Assembly: GCA_043228905.1 (NCBI GenBank)
Contig: JBHGNT010000009.1
Coordinates: 14,260,001 to 14,324,000 of the forward strand
Source: Azolla caroliniana
Taxonomy: Eukaryota > Plantae > Polypodiophyta
Length of the DNA stretch: 64,000 nt
Direction of reading: 5' to 3'
Part shown: in pieces, positions 62,016 to 64,000 of the stretch
Layout: every line of letters starts with the position of its first letter
How positions within the stretch are numbered: the first letter of the stretch is position 1
Notes under the pieces: model-generated
Database searches by the model: none
Told to the model about the DNA's origin: nothing
What the model saw: the letters and a program-made list of their open reading frames with translations, nothing else
Program-made: the position numbers and the translations under genes

Positions 62016-63342
62016 CTATTTTTTATGCAAGCCTTTTATCATAGGCAATAGTTGCAACTACAATAGCATTGCCGGTGCTTAAGAACACACAATACATGTG
62101 AAACTTGCAATTTCTTTATCATAACCCTAACGATGCGTGCCTGATTTTAGGTACATGTTGGTTGTTCTGAATTGAGGAAAACTAGAGTATTGAACCTAGC
62201 AAAACAAGTACGCACATTATTCATAAAGGCCAAAGCATAAACCTGGAGTGTGAATAAAATAGATAGTAATTACTAATGATGTTCTTATTATTTGCCCATC
62301 CGTTTGGTATTACCTCATTAAAACTTACTAGAAGCTTTTACGAATAATAATAGTTGGTCGAAATAGGGGGAAAACATTGGGATATTGATGATGCGCACCA
62401 TTTCCCATAAGAAAACATCCCTTTATATTAAAATTGACATTATCATGGCCAGGTGAATAACAAAACCATTAACACCAAAAGAAGCAACAAAAGATAGAAG
62501 TTCACAGCTCATCAAGTTCACCCATAAAAGTCGTTGAAATTGATGCGAGTTTGTTGGGAATGATATGACTAAAATAAAATGCAAATAAATAGGGAGCAAA
62601 TCCAAACAAGAGATGCGGATTATTTCCATGTCCTTTTTTTATAACCTTTCTAAACTATAACTATTAAGGCAAATTTTTCCAAGTTTCATCCCCATTTTGA
62701 CCTCTTTAACAACATTAAAATATTTGCACGTGTCAAAACATCAACTGCCATCATGTTCACAAGGCTTTATTCTAATGTTGAGATACTCATCAATTGTTGA
62801 TGTACCAAGACATTCTCATGTGTCAACACATCAATTGTCATCATGTGCACGAAGCTTCTACCCTAACACTGAGATACTCATCAATTGTGTGTTGTTTCTT
62901 TTATTCTAAACATCCTGTGAACATTATTGCATGCCTATAATCCTCGTTCATTTGCTTATTTTCTCTATGTGTCAAGGGTGTGATAAAACTATGGTGAACA
63001 ATACAAAGTTTTTTTGTTTCTTCCATTTATTGAGGCTTTATATACATAGTGAAGGACTATACAGCAAGTATCTTATTTCTATTTTGTAGCATCCAGACAA
63101 AAGAGTGCCCACAATCATAAAGAAGGATAGAATTGACTTAAACAATGTTGTGATATTAGAAAGCACACATGTAACCACTAAGCTAGTATGTAATTGGCAA
63201 TAAAATAGATTAATGGCATCTCTTTATTATGAAAATACGAATGAGGTCTATAAAAATGTGAACAGGTAAGTAAATTGGCACAAATTGTAATAATATAAAA
63301 TTAAATCAAACAATCACAATGCCTTCGCTCCACGTCAACAAA

Positions 63343-63968
63343 TTAACCTCCATATCTTTCCTTCAATTGATCCACAGGCTCCTCTTCCATAATCTTAGGA
63401 TGGCGCTCTAAATATTGTCGAATTGTTGTCTTCCGGTCTCCCAGATAAGTATGATCAAGGAAGTTCTCAAAAGCTTCATTGCCGAGGTTTTTTGCTGCCA
63501 GCACACTGTAAACATAGGGTTATTCAAAGATATTATCTACATTAATGAGCTTCTTGTATCATATCATATCGAGCCCATTCACAAGCATATAACAACAAAT
63601 GCACAAAATATTGTTAGACCTTGTTCTTGTTCTTATACCAACAGAAACCATCTTCCTTCCCCAAGAGAAACCATCTTCCAAGAACATGTGCCCAAAATGT
63701 ATTATGTGCATCTTATCATTCTAAACTTTCTATTTGGGAGCCATATTTGAGTTTCATCATAAAGCCATAGGCATTATTCTTCTGGAAAGTGATTCTAACA
63801 TTGGAAGGAAAACGCCACGTGAGAATTGTCCATGTTTAGCTTAGTGAAGCAAAAACAAAAGTGGTACTTACCAATGCCGAAGGTAAATACGACAAGGAAA
63901 TATATCATCACGCCATACTTTATCAATTCCATATCGTCCATACCGGTTGAAAAATTCCTCCTTGCTCC
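63343..63968 (-). CDS. Last two exons of a conserved uncharacterised plant protein (C-terminus ...KERYGG)
   Basis: Exons 63968-63872 and 63505-63343 with GT-AG sites splice in frame to SKEEFFNRYGRYGIDKVWRDDIFPCRIYLRHC|VLAAKNLGNEAFENFLDHTYLGDRKTTIRQYLERHPKIMEEEPVDQLKERYGG*. The gene continues beyond the window. Confidence 0.85.
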
Positions 63969-64000
63969 CTGTATTAAAATGATGAAAATCACACATACAC

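Noticed and set aside
63415-63992. ORF-track calls 63415-63750 (+) and 63795-63992 (-)
   Set aside because: Antisense or wrong-frame readings of the spliced minus-strand gene.

Overview
Eukaryotic land-plant DNA, probably a non-seed plant such as a fern; this is inferred from the self-priming Tcn1/Tf1-type chromoviruses and the DFAENY-type transposase. Bases 1-4911 hold a decayed DNA transposon with an intron made of palindromic AGCTAATTAGCT repeats and an 83-bp tandem array upstream. A 2.6-kb TA/TG-rich tract follows. About 7.8-58 kb is a stack of nested LTR retrotransposons, at least four levels deep: seven Copia elements or fragments, one Tat/Athila-like Gypsy, two chromoviruses and two or three solo LTRs. 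One Copia (17943-23147) is intact, with identical TG...TA LTRs. The right end carries a complete 9-exon Aurora kinase gene (58542-60748, +) and the last two exons of a convergent conserved gene. Most notable: (1) a Gypsy element with tRNA-Arg-complementary sites at both ends of its internal domain and no polypurine tract, suggesting possible dual-tRNA priming; (2) chromoviruses with a clear self-priming site and a tRNA-like A/B-box hairpin at the LTR tip; (3) the repeat-built transposase intron and its polarised 83-bp array. All boundaries were read by eye; no database searches were run.
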